Positions 29,147 to 40,266 of a DNA stretch of 64,000 nt are shown here, piece after piece. Location: assembly GCA_012521015.1 (NCBI GenBank), contig JAAYNE010000036.1, positions 4,247 through 68,246 of the forward strand. Reading direction: 5' to 3'. This DNA comes from Clostridiaceae bacterium. GTDB lineage: Bacteria; Bacillota; Clostridia; Saccharofermentanales; DTU023. How positions within the stretch are numbered: the stretch's first letter is position 1; each line of letters begins with the position of its first letter. The notes below the pieces were generated by a model. It was not told the origin of the DNA. It made no database searches and worked only from the letters and a program-made list of their open reading frames with translations. The translations under genes and the position numbers were made by a program.

Positions 29147-30220
29147 ATGTTTGATTTTTTATTTGGAAAACGTAGAAAAAAACGGGAAGAAAGAAAAGCG
29201 AAACGTGAAGCTAAGCGACGACGTATTGCCGATATTCCGAAACCTGACGGTGATGTGCCGCTCCAACCAGGCAAGCTGATTTTTAATCCTTTTGGACGTT
29301 TTGCAGATGCTGTAAAAACAACGGCACAGGAAGCAAATTTAAGAGATAAAATCGAAACTGAACAGGATGAGCGGAAATTTTTATCACAAATTGCGATTGT
29401 TGCATTTATCGGAACATCAGGTACGGGCAAGAGTACCAGAGCTTTATCAATAGCAGCTGAACACAAGATTCAATATATCATTGATGATGGATTATTGATT
29501 CACGGAAGTAATATTGTTGCCGGGACTTCTGCTAAAACTGCGGATACACAATTGGAATCGGTACGGCAGGCATTGTTCATGGATCCGACCAGAGCTGCCA
29601 ATATGCGACGTGCATTGTTAGATGAGAATCCGCCAATACTGATGATTCTCGGTACATCGGATAGAATGTTGAAAAAAATATGTACCAATCTGTGGTTAAA
29701 TCAACCCTCAATGCTAATTAGGATTGAAGATGTCACAACTGAAGAAGAAAGACAGGTTGCCAGAACTACCAGGATGTCTGCTGGAACCCATACCATTCCT
29801 GTGCCGAGTATGGAAATTAAACATGAGTTTTCCGGTTATTTTTTACAACCTTGGCAGAAATTAAAAAGACGTTGGGACCGTTCTACAGGTCGTATCGATT
29901 ATTCAGCCGGTGGGGAAAAAACAGTTGTCAGACCGACCTTTTCTACGATAGGGAATTATTCAATTTCGGATGAAGCACTGGCGATGTTAGTAGAAGAAAT
30001 CTTGATTCGTTTAACGGGAATTTCAGATCTAACTGAATTTATGGTATATAAAGAAGCTTACGGGGCAATTTTCAATTTGGGGGTTTCATTGTATTATGGA
30101 TATAATGCTCAAGAAATATTAAGCAAAGCACAGAACAGTTTGAATAAAGATGTGGAACACTACACGGCAATAAATGTCTTGTCAATCAATATTCGTGCTA
30201 CACGCTTGGTACACAAATAG
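29147..30220 (+). CDS. Fusion protein: basic N-terminus + P-loop domain (HPr-kinase-like signature) + C-terminal Asp23/Gls24-like domain
   Basis: GTSGTGKSTRALSIAAEH..YIIDDGLLI resembles the GxSGxGKS..AL....DD pattern of the HprK family. The C-terminal ~110 aa (NYSISDEALAMLVEEI...YGYNAQEILSKAQNSLNKDVEHYTAINVLSINI) follow the Asp23 pattern. Confidence 0.55.
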   Translation: MFDFLFGKRRKKREERKAKREAKRRRIADIPKPDGDVPLQPGKLIFNPFGRFADAVKTTAQEANLRDKIETEQDERKFLSQIAIVAFIGTSGTGKSTRALSIAAEHKIQYIIDDGLLIHGSNIVAGTSAKTADTQLESVRQALFMDPTRAANMRRALLDENPPILMILGTSDRMLKKICTNLWLNQPSMLIRIEDVTTEEERQVARTTRMSAGTHTIPVPSMEIKHEFSGYFLQPWQKLKRRWDRSTGRIDYSAGGEKTVVRPTFSTIGNYSISDEALAMLVEEILIRLTGISDLTEFMVYKEAYGAIFNLGVSLYYGYNAQEILSKAQNSLNKDVEHYTAINVLSINIRATRLVHK

Positions 30221-30311
30221 ACGATGTAAAGTAAAGATGAAAAAATAAATTTTAAATCTCTTTTTAATTTTTAAGTTAACAGAACATACAAATAAGAGGG
30301 GAGTTCAAGAA

Positions 30312-31334
30312 ATGACGAATTACACTTTTGATCGAAACTCAAATAATTATTCTGATGAGTATCAATCAGACAAAAAAGCATCTGATCAGTATGCAGAGGC
30401 TGCCAAACAAGCAAATTTGCAGAATCCAATCAACTTTGATTCTAATTATCGTAAAGTTGAATTTGAACATGCCGGATATAATGAACAAAACAAAGAAATT
30501 TTAGAGCGTGAAGAGGCTTTCCGTGCAAGTCTTGTCGGAGCCGGTTATCGTAGTCAAAGATCTGCTCAGAATGAAGATTCTTTAGATTTAGATGACTTAG
30601 ATGAGATGGAGCAAACAGGTCCTTATAGTGCTGGAGAAACTATTGAGCATTCAGATACAACTAAACGATTACAACCTAAGCGAACATCAGGTCCTGTGTC
30701 TGCTCGGAATCGCAGACCTCAACGTAAAAGTCCAAGCCCGGCTAGTGATATTTTCAGTGGTTTATTACAGGCTCTGTTTTTATCTTTTTCCAAGAGACCG
30801 ATGCAAGCTTTCCATTTGAATTTACATTGGGGCAGTTTAGGAGTTTTGGCTTCGTTGAATGTATTATTAGTAGCCGGATTGAATACGGTGGTGCTCAATA
30901 AATTTTTGAAAGCAGCTTTGGAAGGTGTTAGTTCACTTGTTTCTGGAACTGTTGGCTTCAAGGCCGGAAAAGTCTTTTTTATGTCATTGGTAAGTCAACT
31001 AGCTACACTAATCGCAGTTGTGCTAATGGTGCTTTTCCTGACTTTAATTTTAGGCAGTGAGAAAAAGCCATTAAAGCAATATGTTCAGACAGCGACTCTT
31101 TCAACTCTACCGTACACTTTTGTTCTGTTCATTGCTTTGATTATTTCTTTATTCCTGCCTAAAATAGGAATCATTCTGGCATTTGCAGGAAAAATTCATG
31201 TTTTTATCTACTTATATGCCGGATTCCAAAAAGGTCATCCGACCAAGAGAAATAGTCCGTTCTGGTTTTTCATTCTATTGATAGCTGCTGTGTTGGTTAT
31301 CCAATATTTATTTTTCGGGTGGACTATAACCTGA
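30312..31334 (+). CDS. Hypothetical membrane protein (polar, likely disordered N-terminal half; polytopic C-terminal half)
   Basis: GAGGGGAG lies upstream of the start. The N-terminal ~150 aa are low in hydrophobic residues. They are followed by about 5 hydrophobic segments. Confidence 0.55.
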   Translation: MTNYTFDRNSNNYSDEYQSDKKASDQYAEAAKQANLQNPINFDSNYRKVEFEHAGYNEQNKEILEREEAFRASLVGAGYRSQRSAQNEDSLDLDDLDEMEQTGPYSAGETIEHSDTTKRLQPKRTSGPVSARNRRPQRKSPSPASDIFSGLLQALFLSFSKRPMQAFHLNLHWGSLGVLASLNVLLVAGLNTVVLNKFLKAALEGVSSLVSGTVGFKAGKVFFMSLVSQLATLIAVVLMVLFLTLILGSEKKPLKQYVQTATLSTLPYTFVLFIALIISLFLPKIGIILAFAGKIHVFIYLYAGFQKGHPTKRNSPFWFFILLIAAVLVIQYLFFGWTIT

Positions 31335-31346
31335 TTAAAATAACTT

Positions 31347-32474
31347 ATGAAGTTTTTTCATTTAGCAGATTTACATTTAGGAATAACCTTACATAAATAT
31401 TCTTTGATTGAAGATCAAAAATACATTCTGGATTTCGTGATAAAACAAACGGATCAACATAATCCCGATGCTATTGTGATTGCCGGCGATATTTATGATC
31501 GGGCGATTCCCTCTGCGGAAGCGACGCAATTATTTGATTATTTTTTAACAGAATTAGGTAAGCGCAATTGTTTAACACTGATTATCCCGGGGAATCATGA
31601 TTCGGCAACCAGACTGAGTTATGCCGGGAATTTCTTTCAGGAATTTCACATCCACATTGCAACTGAACCGAAGAAACAGGTGGAAACAATAGTTTTGACT
31701 TTAGATCAAGCATATTATTTCTATCTGATTCCTTTTTTTAAACCGGTAAATATTAGAAATATGTACCCGGAGGCTGTAATAGACACTTATCAACAAGCTC
31801 TGGAGCAATTAATAAGTGGAATTGATTTATCTGTGTCCGGTAAACATATTTTAATAGCACATCAATTCTTTATTAATCAATCCGGTGAAGCTATAGTATC
31901 AGATTCGGAACAGTTGTTTGTCGGCGGTTTAGATCAGATTCAAGCTGAATTGGTCAAAGATTTTGATTATGTGGCTTTAGGACATCTCCATCAACCTCAT
32001 TACGTACAATATGAAAATATAAGATATAGCGGGTCCCCTCTGGTTTATTCAGCATCTGAATTAGCTCGCCCCAAATTTTTGAGTATGATTGAAATGGATA
32101 GTGAACCGGGATTCAAATTACATAAAATTCCTTTTGAGCCGTTATATCCTGTACACTTAATTGAAGGAAAGTTTGCCGATTTAATTAATCAAGCCAGAGA
32201 AAATCCGAGTGAAGATTATTTTTATATTAATCTATTGGATGATGAACCGATTCCGGATTTAGCAATTCGTTTCAAGAGATTCTATCCTCGGCTTTTAGAA
32301 GTCAGAACACCACATTTTAATTATTCAGTAGATAGTTTTAATGCTTTGAGTGCTGCTCCGAATGAATTAAGCATCGGTCAACTCTTTGCCTTATTTCATG
32401 AAGAAGAAACCGGCAGAGTCATTTCTGATTCTGATCGGAAAATCATTCAAGAGCTTGAAGAAAAGATGAATTAG
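31347..32474 (+). CDS. sbcD: Exonuclease SbcD (Mre11-family nuclease)
   Basis: Phosphoesterase motifs seen: DLHLG, GDIYD, GNHD, GHLH. Confidence 0.9.
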   Translation: MKFFHLADLHLGITLHKYSLIEDQKYILDFVIKQTDQHNPDAIVIAGDIYDRAIPSAEATQLFDYFLTELGKRNCLTLIIPGNHDSATRLSYAGNFFQEFHIHIATEPKKQVETIVLTLDQAYYFYLIPFFKPVNIRNMYPEAVIDTYQQALEQLISGIDLSVSGKHILIAHQFFINQSGEAIVSDSEQLFVGGLDQIQAELVKDFDYVALGHLHQPHYVQYENIRYSGSPLVYSASELARPKFLSMIEMDSEPGFKLHKIPFEPLYPVHLIEGKFADLINQARENPSEDYFYINLLDDEPIPDLAIRFKRFYPRLLEVRTPHFNYSVDSFNALSAAPNELSIGQLFALFHEEETGRVISDSDRKIIQELEEKMN

Positions 32475-32475
32475 C

Positions 32476-35400
32476 ATGAAACCGATTAGACTCTGCTTAG
32501 CAGCATTTGGACCTTTTGCAGAAGAAATTGAAATTGATTTTCAACCGTATCAAAATGGTTTGTTTTTAATTTCCGGTGATACGGGTTCCGGCAAAACGAC
32601 AATTTTTGATGCTTTTATGTTTGCTCTCTACGGGGACACGACCCAGACTGAACGTGATGCAGGGCAAATGCGCAGTGATTTTGCTTCTCCTGCTACAAAG
32701 ACTTTTGTTGAATTAGAATTTCAGGTTAAAGATAAAATTTATAAAATAAGACGTGAACCTTCTTACTTACGTCCGAAAATGCGTGGTGAAGGCATAGCAA
32801 CTAATCCGAGCCGGGTAGAAATGACTTTACCGAATGGAAAGGTTTTAACTTTACAAAAGGAAGTCAAGGATAAAGTAGAATTACTTCTAGGATTAGATGC
32901 GGATCAATTCAAACAAACCGGGCTTTTACCGCAAGGTGATTTTAAACAACTATTATCTTCAGATCAACCACAACGGGAACAAATTTTTCGTAAAATTTTC
33001 AATACGAAGAAAATTATCGAATTTCAAGATTTGCTAAAACAAGAAACAAAAGATATAGCTCAAGCCAGAGATTATAAACAAAGAGACTTGGAACAAGCGA
33101 TTCATCATATTGAATGGTTTGCTGATATGGAAAACTCGGAATCCCCGGAGCTGATGGAAAAATCGATATTAATTGAGAATTCGGGTTTAATAGATAATTT
33201 GGGATTAATGAAAAATCAGAGACTGGAATTAAATGAGTTAAAAAAATTAGCAGAGTATATAAACCATGGTGAGATGAGCTTTTTAAGCCAGTTCTATCAA
33301 CAATTCCAAAGCTACATTGTAGATTTACGAACTTATCAAAATCAACTTGATTTAAAGAATCAAGGGCTTAGTACAACCAGAAATAAAAAACAGGAAGCAT
33401 ATCAAAAAGCACTTGAATTAAGCCGGATTTTTAGTGAATTGGCTCTGAAACAACAAGAATTGACTTCTTTGGAAGCGGCACTGACTGAAATGCAAGCCAG
33501 AAAAAAATCCTTTGAAATTTTTAAGTTTGTGGCATTAAATATCTCCGGACTTTACAGTCAATGGAAAAACAATCAGCAATCTTTGGCGGGCAAAGAGAGT
33601 TTACTTGAAAAAAATTTGCATGAATTGAACCAAGTTACCAACGATTTAACAGAGGCTGAACAGCAATATCTGGATTGGCAAAGCAAGGCGGCAGAAATAG
33701 AAGCTGCAACAATTTCTCTCAACAAATTAAAAGAAGAATTGTCGGTTTATGAGGAATATGAAAAAATCAAGCTTGATTTGAAATGTTTTGATAATGAGCA
33801 AGCGGAACTGATTAAACAAAAAGGGGAATTGGAACAAACAAAACTGAGTTTAGTTAAACAAAAACAAAAGTTGGAGCAACAAATTACGAATTTGAAGCAG
33901 GTTGAAATACAACATAACAAATTACTAATTGAACAGAATAACTTGACCGCTGCTTATGATAAGAGCGCAAGCAATTTGGCAAGTTGGCGATTTCTACGTA
34001 ATCAAGCAGCAGAAATAAAAAGTTTAACGATTCAATATGAAGATGTTGCTGAAAAGTTTAAGCAAGCAGAACTGGATCTTACTTCATATCGTGCATTGGA
34101 AAAACAACAAGCAGCTGCTTTTCTGGCAAAAGATTTAACACAAGGAACTCCCTGTCCGGTTTGCGGACAAACCCATCATCTAAAATTAGCTGAATTTGAT
34201 CAAAATTTTTCTGAAGAAATTCTTGAGGCGAAAGAGCAATGTTTTAATCAACTGCAAAATCAAACTACGGAACTGAAAATTGAACTCGGCGGTCTCAAAA
34301 CCGGTCACGCTCAACTTTTGACAGCATTAGAAAAAAGTTTTGTTAATATGAATCAAAGACCAAATCAAAACACAAATCAAGAATCAAACTTTGATTTGGC
34401 ATCTGATGTTAAATTTGCAGAATTTCAATCGGCAACAGATGAGTTATTCAATTATATTTCGGAAATCTCGCAAACAATTACGACACAAACAGAACAACTA
34501 AAAGCAATTCCTCAATTGCAGGAAACTCTTTTGAAAAATGAAGTTCAAACATCAAAAAACTTGACGGATTTACAAGAAATTGAGGATAGATTAAAAACCA
34601 ATTTATTAGACCGGACCAAGTTTAGTGCAAAATTGGAGAACTTGCAACAAAACTTACAATATGAAAACCTGCATCAGGCGGAGCAAGCTTTTGACAGGTT
34701 GAATTCCGAATATAATGTGAAAATCAAAGCACGCCAAGATGTCATGGACCATTATAATCAACTCTTACGTAAACAGAGCAGCTTTGATTCAGCAATCGAA
34801 CAGATCAAAAGCGATATTGATGTTTTGAAGATACGACAAACTGAATTGATAGCAGAAATTACGGAAAAATCTACTCAAGTCGGGATAAAGTTTTCGGATA
34901 TCAGTCAATATGTTTGGTTACCTGATCAGCTAAATCAAGAAGAAACCGCAATCAATACATATTTCACAGAATTACATAATTTGCGTCAAATTGTAAATGA
35001 TTTAACCGGGAAAATCCAAGATCAAGCTAAACCTGATTTAGAACAAATCGGTGCTGAATTACAACAAGTTGAACAGATTTTGCAAGAGTTAAGGACAAAA
35101 ATGACATCGATTGGTCTTGTCATTGAAAAAAACGTTTCCTTAGTTGAGCAATTCGCTGTAGATATGCAAGAATATCAAGAGCTTGCTAAAAAAGCTGCTG
35201 AGATTTCATACTTATCCGGACTGGCTAACGGTTTAACAGGTGCAGGTAGAAGAACATTTGAGGCATTTGTTCAGTCATATTATTTCCAGAGAATGCTTGA
35301 AGCGAGTAACATGCGTTTGGCGACGATGAGTCACGGAAGATACTATTTGGATCGTAAAGAAGAAGTATCTGACAGACGTAAAAGAAGCGGTCTTGAATTT

Positions 35401-35736
35401 GAAATTTTTGATACTTATACAGGCAAAGCCAGACCGGCAACAACCCTTTCCGGTGGAGAAAGTTTTATAACGGCTTTAGCATTGGCTTTAGGATTATCCG
35501 ATACAGTTCAACAAATGCAAGGTGGTGTAGAAATCGAAACTTTATTCATCGATGAAGGCTTTGGCTCTTTAGACAATGATGCACTTGAACAAGCAATACG
35601 TGCTTTAGAAAAATTGAGTGAGGGCGATCGAATGATCGGGATTATTTCTCATGTACCGGATTTACAAGAAAGAATAGATCGGCAGATTCAAGTCAAAAGT
35701 AGCAATCAAGGCAGTATGATTATTTGTATCAAATAA
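32476..35736 (+). CDS. sbcC: Exonuclease SbcC (Rad50-family ATPase)
   Basis: Walker A is GDTGSGKTT. A long coiled-coil carries the CPVCGQ zinc hook. The signature is LSGGESF and Walker B is LFIDEGFGSLD. The start is 1 nt after the sbcD stop. Confidence 0.92.
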   Translation: MKPIRLCLAAFGPFAEEIEIDFQPYQNGLFLISGDTGSGKTTIFDAFMFALYGDTTQTERDAGQMRSDFASPATKTFVELEFQVKDKIYKIRREPSYLRPKMRGEGIATNPSRVEMTLPNGKVLTLQKEVKDKVELLLGLDADQFKQTGLLPQGDFKQLLSSDQPQREQIFRKIFNTKKIIEFQDLLKQETKDIAQARDYKQRDLEQAIHHIEWFADMENSESPELMEKSILIENSGLIDNLGLMKNQRLELNELKKLAEYINHGEMSFLSQFYQQFQSYIVDLRTYQNQLDLKNQGLSTTRNKKQEAYQKALELSRIFSELALKQQELTSLEAALTEMQARKKSFEIFKFVALNISGLYSQWKNNQQSLAGKESLLEKNLHELNQVTNDLTEAEQQYLDWQSKAAEIEAATISLNKLKEELSVYEEYEKIKLDLKCFDNEQAELIKQKGELEQTKLSLVKQKQKLEQQITNLKQVEIQHNKLLIEQNNLTAAYDKSASNLASWRFLRNQAAEIKSLTIQYEDVAEKFKQAELDLTSYRALEKQQAAAFLAKDLTQGTPCPVCGQTHHLKLAEFDQNFSEEILEAKEQCFNQLQNQTTELKIELGGLKTGHAQLLTALEKSFVNMNQRPNQNTNQESNFDLASDVKFAEFQSATDELFNYISEISQTITTQTEQLKAIPQLQETLLKNEVQTSKNLTDLQEIEDRLKTNLLDRTKFSAKLENLQQNLQYENLHQAEQAFDRLNSEYNVKIKARQDVMDHYNQLLRKQSSFDSAIEQIKSDIDVLKIRQTELIAEITEKSTQVGIKFSDISQYVWLPDQLNQEETAINTYFTELHNLRQIVNDLTGKIQDQAKPDLEQIGAELQQVEQILQELRTKMTSIGLVIEKNVSLVEQFAVDMQEYQELAKKAAEISYLSGLANGLTGAGRRTFEAFVQSYYFQRMLEASNMRLATMSHGRYYLDRKEEVSDRRKRSGLEFEIFDTYTGKARPATTLSGGESFITALALALGLSDTVQQMQGGVEIETLFIDEGFGSLDNDALEQAIRALEKLSEGDRMIGIISHVPDLQERIDRQIQVKSSNQGSMIICIK

Positions 35737-35742
35737 CGATCT

Positions 35743-36411
35743 TTAATTTTCTACGTCGTGCATGCTTTCTTTTAGTTTTGTAATTTCTTGTAATATACTC
35801 TCAATACTCTCTTGGTCTTCCGCCAATTTAAAATTCTCATAGCTTTTATGAAAATACTCAAGTGCTTCTTTGTGACAATTGACAGTTATGCTTAAACGCC
35901 CTAGGGCTTTGGCGGCCAAGCCGACACCGTGATAATTAGTTTCTGTTTCGGCGAATACCAATGCATGGTTAAAATACATTTTGGCATCAACAAAATCACC
36001 GGCAAGCATTTTTACATCACCTTGTTCATAGAAATTGTAAGAAAGATCGGAATAATATGAGGGCATTAAAGAACTGCATTTTCTTAGCTCTTCTCGAAAT
36101 AGTTCCGTGGCATTATCATAATCTCCTCTTAGCTTCGCAAGAATTCCCAATTGATGTAAAGCACGTGCTTGTTTGTATAGATTTTCAGTTTTCTTCCCGA
36201 TCAACAAGGCACTCTCCATATCATGTTGTGCCTCATCATAATTATTCAAATTCATTTTAATGATACCCTTGTTTAATGCAATTTGAAATTTATGTCTATT
36301 GCTCAACTTCTTCTCTTCGTCAAGTGCATTGAATTCTGCAAGAGCTTCTTCGAAATTCTTATCCACATATAATTGATGGGCAGCTTCAATTCTATCCTGA
36401 ATTTTTTTCAT
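35743..36411 (-). CDS. TPR-repeat protein
   Basis: 222 aa with repeated 34-residue TPR-like units (A/Y/F-rich helices). Confidence 0.75.
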   Translation of the reverse strand: MKKIQDRIEAAHQLYVDKNFEEALAEFNALDEEKKLSNRHKFQIALNKGIIKMNLNNYDEAQHDMESALLIGKKTENLYKQARALHQLGILAKLRGDYDNATELFREELRKCSSLMPSYYSDLSYNFYEQGDVKMLAGDFVDAKMYFNHALVFAETETNYHGVGLAAKALGRLSITVNCHKEALEYFHKSYENFKLAEDQESIESILQEITKLKESMHDVEN

Positions 36412-36785
36412 ATAAATCTTCCTTGGATTTTATCTTGTTTATTTTGCTTTACCCCTTTTTCTCAATATTGTATTGAATATTGATATCAAATCATCAAATG
36501 ATCTAAAATCCCGATCTCAAACTTTATACTTCTGAAAACACTCTTCTAAGTAACACTATAAGTTTACAAAATCCTTCACGTACAAGCAAATATTATTCTA
36601 AATGAGATTTTAAATAATAACGAGATTTTAAATAATAAAGTTAAAAGATTTTTAGAGGAATTGGTTAACTTAAGTTGTGGAGACAAGTTGGAAAAAGATT
36701 AATAGTTATAAGCTATAATAAAAATCAAATAGGTTTAGAAATACGTATAAATAGATAGAATGTATAGAAATGAGAGGAAGTTTAT

Positions 36786-37673
36786 ATGAAAATTGGATTT
36801 ATAGGTTTAGGAATTATGGGCAAGCCTATGGCAAAAAACCTGTTAAAGGCCGGTCATGAATTAATAGTTTATGATTCACATACCAATAATGTGAATGAAA
36901 TTGTTGCTGCGGGTGCAACAGCTGGTGCAAACAGTAAAGATGTTGCTTCAAAATCAGAAGTTGTCATAACTATGGTTCAGAATTCACCCAAAGTCAAAAA
37001 AGCGGTTTTAGATGAAAACGGTGTTTTAGAAGGTGCCAGAGAAGGATTAATATTTGTTGATATGTCATCGATAGCACCATTAGCTTCTCAAGAAATTGCA
37101 AAAGCATGCGAAGAGAAAGGAGTAAAAATGCTTGATGCGCCTGTTTCCGGCGGTGAATCCGGTGCCATTAAAGGTACGTTATCTATTATGGTAGGTGGTG
37201 ATAAGGAAGTTTTCGACGTAGTGAGAGATGACATTTTATTAAAAATGGGCAGATCTGCTGTTCATTGTGGCGATATTGGTGCCGGAAATACAACAAAACT
37301 TGCAAACCAGATTATTGTTGCAATAAATATTGCGGCTGTTGCAGAAGCATTAACACTGGCTAAAAAAGCAGGTGTAGATCCTGAATCTGTCTTTGCAGCA
37401 ATTCGTGGCGGATTAGCGGGTAGTAAAGTTATGGAAGACAAAGCCCCTATGATGTTAAAAGGTGATTTTAAATCCGGATTTAGAATTGATTTACATATCA
37501 AAGATTTAGGGAATGCACTTAATACAGGTCATGAAGTAGGTTCTGCTTTACCTTTAACTGCTCAATTAATGGAAATGATGCAAACACTACGTGCAGACGG
37601 TTTTGAAAAAGAAGATCACAGCTCTTTGGTAAGAATTTATGAAAAATTAACCAATACGAAGATATCTGAATAG
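36786..37673 (+). CDS. NAD(P)-dependent 3-hydroxyacid dehydrogenase (2-hydroxy-3-oxopropionate reductase / HIBADH family)
   Basis: N-terminal Rossmann motif GFIGLGIMGKPMAKNL. The length and the C-terminal all-helical domain are typical of the family. Confidence 0.85.
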   Translation: MKIGFIGLGIMGKPMAKNLLKAGHELIVYDSHTNNVNEIVAAGATAGANSKDVASKSEVVITMVQNSPKVKKAVLDENGVLEGAREGLIFVDMSSIAPLASQEIAKACEEKGVKMLDAPVSGGESGAIKGTLSIMVGGDKEVFDVVRDDILLKMGRSAVHCGDIGAGNTTKLANQIIVAINIAAVAEALTLAKKAGVDPESVFAAIRGGLAGSKVMEDKAPMMLKGDFKSGFRIDLHIKDLGNALNTGHEVGSALPLTAQLMEMMQTLRADGFEKEDHSSLVRIYEKLTNTKISE

Positions 37674-37817
37674 TCAAGAAAGTATAAAAAATTTGAATTG
37701 AATTTTAGCACTGTACTTTTGCCGAAAATCAACACACAAATGAGTAGCAATGTTATATACTTGTTTTAGACACAGATATAGAAAATATTTCTTTGATCAA
37801 TTAGAGGGAAAATATAA

Positions 37818-38378
37818 ATGCAAGAAATTGTAATCAAAAAGATAAAACTTAAATGGGTTGATGTTTTGACAGAGTTCTTTGAGCGGACAAACTTAAGAAA
37901 AAACTCTTTGGTGGTTGTCGGCTGTTCAACCAGTGAAGTTAGCGGCTCAAAAATTGGCTCCAACTCCAATCAGGAAATAGGTAATCTGCTATTCTCAGTA
38001 TTAGCTGAAGCTGCACAAACAAACAAAGTAAATCTAGCAATACAGTGCTGTGAACATTTGAATCGTGCTTTGGTTATTGAACGCAATATCGCGAGAAAGT
38101 TGATGTACCCGGAAGTCAATGCAAAACCTACACTACATGCCGGTGGTGCTTTTGCTGTTGCAGCTTTTCAGAATATGACGGATCCAATTTTGGTTGAGAA
38201 TATCCAAGCCGATGCCGGAATTGATATTGGTGATACATTTATCGGAATGCATCTTAAACCGGTTGTGGTACCTTTAAGGTTAAAAGTTAAACAAATCGGA
38301 GGAGCCCATTTAACATCTGCCGGAACCAGATCGAAGCTGATTGGCGGTGCAAGAGCGGAATACCGTACAGATATATAA
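37818..38378 (+). CDS. TIGR01440 / UPF0340 family protein
   Basis: Family-like strings are VVVGCSTSEV and LAIQCCEHLNRALVIER. Confidence 0.75.
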   Translation: MQEIVIKKIKLKWVDVLTEFFERTNLRKNSLVVVGCSTSEVSGSKIGSNSNQEIGNLLFSVLAEAAQTNKVNLAIQCCEHLNRALVIERNIARKLMYPEVNAKPTLHAGGAFAVAAFQNMTDPILVENIQADAGIDIGDTFIGMHLKPVVVPLRLKVKQIGGAHLTSAGTRSKLIGGARAEYRTDI

Positions 38379-38384
38379 CGATTA

Positions 38385-38430
38385 AATAAAAAAAGAACCT
38401 GTTTCTTAAATTCCACAGGTTCTTTTTATT
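38385..38430. terminator. Bidirectional intrinsic terminator between convergent genes
   Basis: The stem is AGAACCTG (38394-38401) / CAGGTTCT (38416-38423). An A-run flanks it on the left and a T-run on the right. Confidence 0.75.
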
Positions 38431-38460
38431 TAAATTTCTGATTGCTGTTAATAATTCAAA

Positions 38461-40266
38461 TTAAGCATTGTCCAGACGTTCGATTAAAGCATCGAGTTGG
38501 TCATAGAGTTCTTGTGGCATTTTTCCACCACGAGCATCATAATCTTCATAGTGAGCACGGATTGATTCAGTTTCAGCTTTCCAACCATCTACATCGACGC
38601 TTAAGATTTCTTCCATATCTTCATGCGTAACATCAAGACCTTCTAAATATAAATCTTCTTCGAAGGGCATATAACCGATTGCCGTTTCTTGAGCATCTAC
38701 TTTGCCGGCACAACGTTCAACAATCCATTTCAGAACGCGACTATTGTCGCCGAAACCGGGCCAGAGCCATCTTCCGTCATCAGACTTACGGAACCAGTTA
38801 ACGTAGAAGAGTTTCGGTAATTTGTCAGCTTCACCTGCCTGACCAATTTCGTACCAATGCTTCAAATAGTCGCCGACATTGTAACCGATGAATGGCAACA
38901 TTGCGAACGGGTCACGACGAACTTGACCGATTTTGTCGGAAATAACAGCTGCTGTAATCTCTGAACCCATGATTGAACCTAAGAATATACCGTGATCCCA
39001 ATCAAAGCTTTGATGAACTAAAGGAATTACAGAAGCACGACGACCTCCGATTAATATTGCGTCAATTGGTACGCCTGCCGGATCTTCCCAATTAGCTGCA
39101 ATGCTTGGGCATTGGCCTGCCGGTGTTGTGAAACGTGAATTCGGATGAGCTGCAGGCTTGTCTGAATCGGGTGTCCAGTCATTACCGAGCCAGTCAATTA
39201 GGTGATCAGGTGCTTCACTGCCGATACCTTCCCACCAAACATCGCCATCATCAGTCAATGCAACATTTGTGAAAATTGTATTTGATTTAATTGTATCCAT
39301 GGCATTCGGATTTGAAGAATAAGATGTGCCGGGAGCAACACCGAAGAAGCCGGATTCAGGATTAATTGCGTAGAGACGACCGTCTTCACCGAATTTTAAC
39401 CAAGCAATATCGTCTCCGATTGTTTCAACTTTCCAACCGGGAATTGTCGGAACCAACATAGCAAGATTTGTTTTACCACATGCTGAGGGGAATGCACCGG
39501 TAACATATCTGACATCGCCTTCTGGACTTGTCAATTTCAAAATCAACATATGTTCTGCCATCCAACCTTCATCTTTCGCTTGAGCTGATGCAATACGCAA
39601 AGCAAAACATTTTTTACCCAAGAGAGCATTTCCACCGTAACCTGATCCATAAGACCAAATTAATCTCTCTTCGGGGAAATGGCTGATATATTTTTCTTCC
39701 ATCGGGGCACATGGCCACATGACGTCTTCTTCACCTTCCTCTAAAGGTGCGCCGACTGAGTGCAAGCACTTAACATATTCACCATCTGTGCCTAAAAAAT
39801 CCAATACTTCATTTCCAACACGAGTCATAATTCTCATGTTGACAACAACGTAAGGACTGTCTGTAATCTCAACACCGATTTTTGCAATAGGAGAACCGAT
39901 AGGACCCATTGAGAAAGGAATAACATACAATGTACGACCTCTCATACAACCGGTATAAAGATCGGTCATCGTAGCCTTCAACTCTACGGGATCTATCCAG
40001 TTGTTGGTTGGACCGGCATCTTCTTTTTTAACCGATGAAATGTACGTACGTTCTTCAACACGTGCAACATCGGAAGGATCACTACGGAATAAATAACACC
40101 CGGGACGTTTTTCCTGATTTAATTTTATTGCCGCTCCGTTTTCAACCATCTCATCTAAGAGCTGTTGATTTTGTTCTTCACTACCATCAATCCAGACGAT
40201 ATTATCGGGTTGACACATGGCTGCTACTTCGTCTATCCATGATTGTAATTCTTTATGTTTTGTCAT
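38461..40266 (-). CDS. pckG: Phosphoenolpyruvate carboxykinase (GTP)
   Basis: 601 aa with GTP-PEPCK strings: [21 protein letters not shown], the kinase-1a loop FPSACGKTN, and FYVNWFRK. Confidence 0.95.
   Translation of the reverse strand: MTKHKELQSWIDEVAAMCQPDNIVWIDGSEEQNQQLLDEMVENGAAIKLNQEKRPGCYLFRSDPSDVARVEERTYISSVKKEDAGPTNNWIDPVELKATMTDLYTGCMRGRTLYVIPFSMGPIGSPIAKIGVEITDSPYVVVNMRIMTRVGNEVLDFLGTDGEYVKCLHSVGAPLEEGEEDVMWPCAPMEEKYISHFPEERLIWSYGSGYGGNALLGKKCFALRIASAQAKDEGWMAEHMLILKLTSPEGDVRYVTGAFPSACGKTNLAMLVPTIPGWKVETIGDDIAWLKFGEDGRLYAINPESGFFGVAPGTSYSSNPNAMDTIKSNTIFTNVALTDDGDVWWEGIGSEAPDHLIDWLGNDWTPDSDKPAAHPNSRFTTPAGQCPSIAANWEDPAGVPIDAILIGGRRASVIPLVHQSFDWDHGIFLGSIMGSEITAAVISDKIGQVRRDPFAMLPFIGYNVGDYLKHWYEIGQAGEADKLPKLFYVNWFRKSDDGRWLWPGFGDNSRVLKWIVERCAGKVDAQETAIGYMPFEEDLYLEGLDVTHEDMEEILSVDVDGWKAETESIRAHYEDYDARGGKMPQELYDQLDALIERLDNA

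Noticed and set aside
29032-29466. 144-aa minus-strand ORF
   Set aside because: It is antisense to the ends of two well-supported plus-strand genes (yebC and the P-loop/Asp23 gene). It has no RBS or recognisable motif.
38442-38630. His-rich 62-aa plus-strand ORF
   Set aside because: It overlaps the 3' end of the GTP-PEPCK gene on the opposite strand and begins inside the terminator region. It is an antisense artefact.
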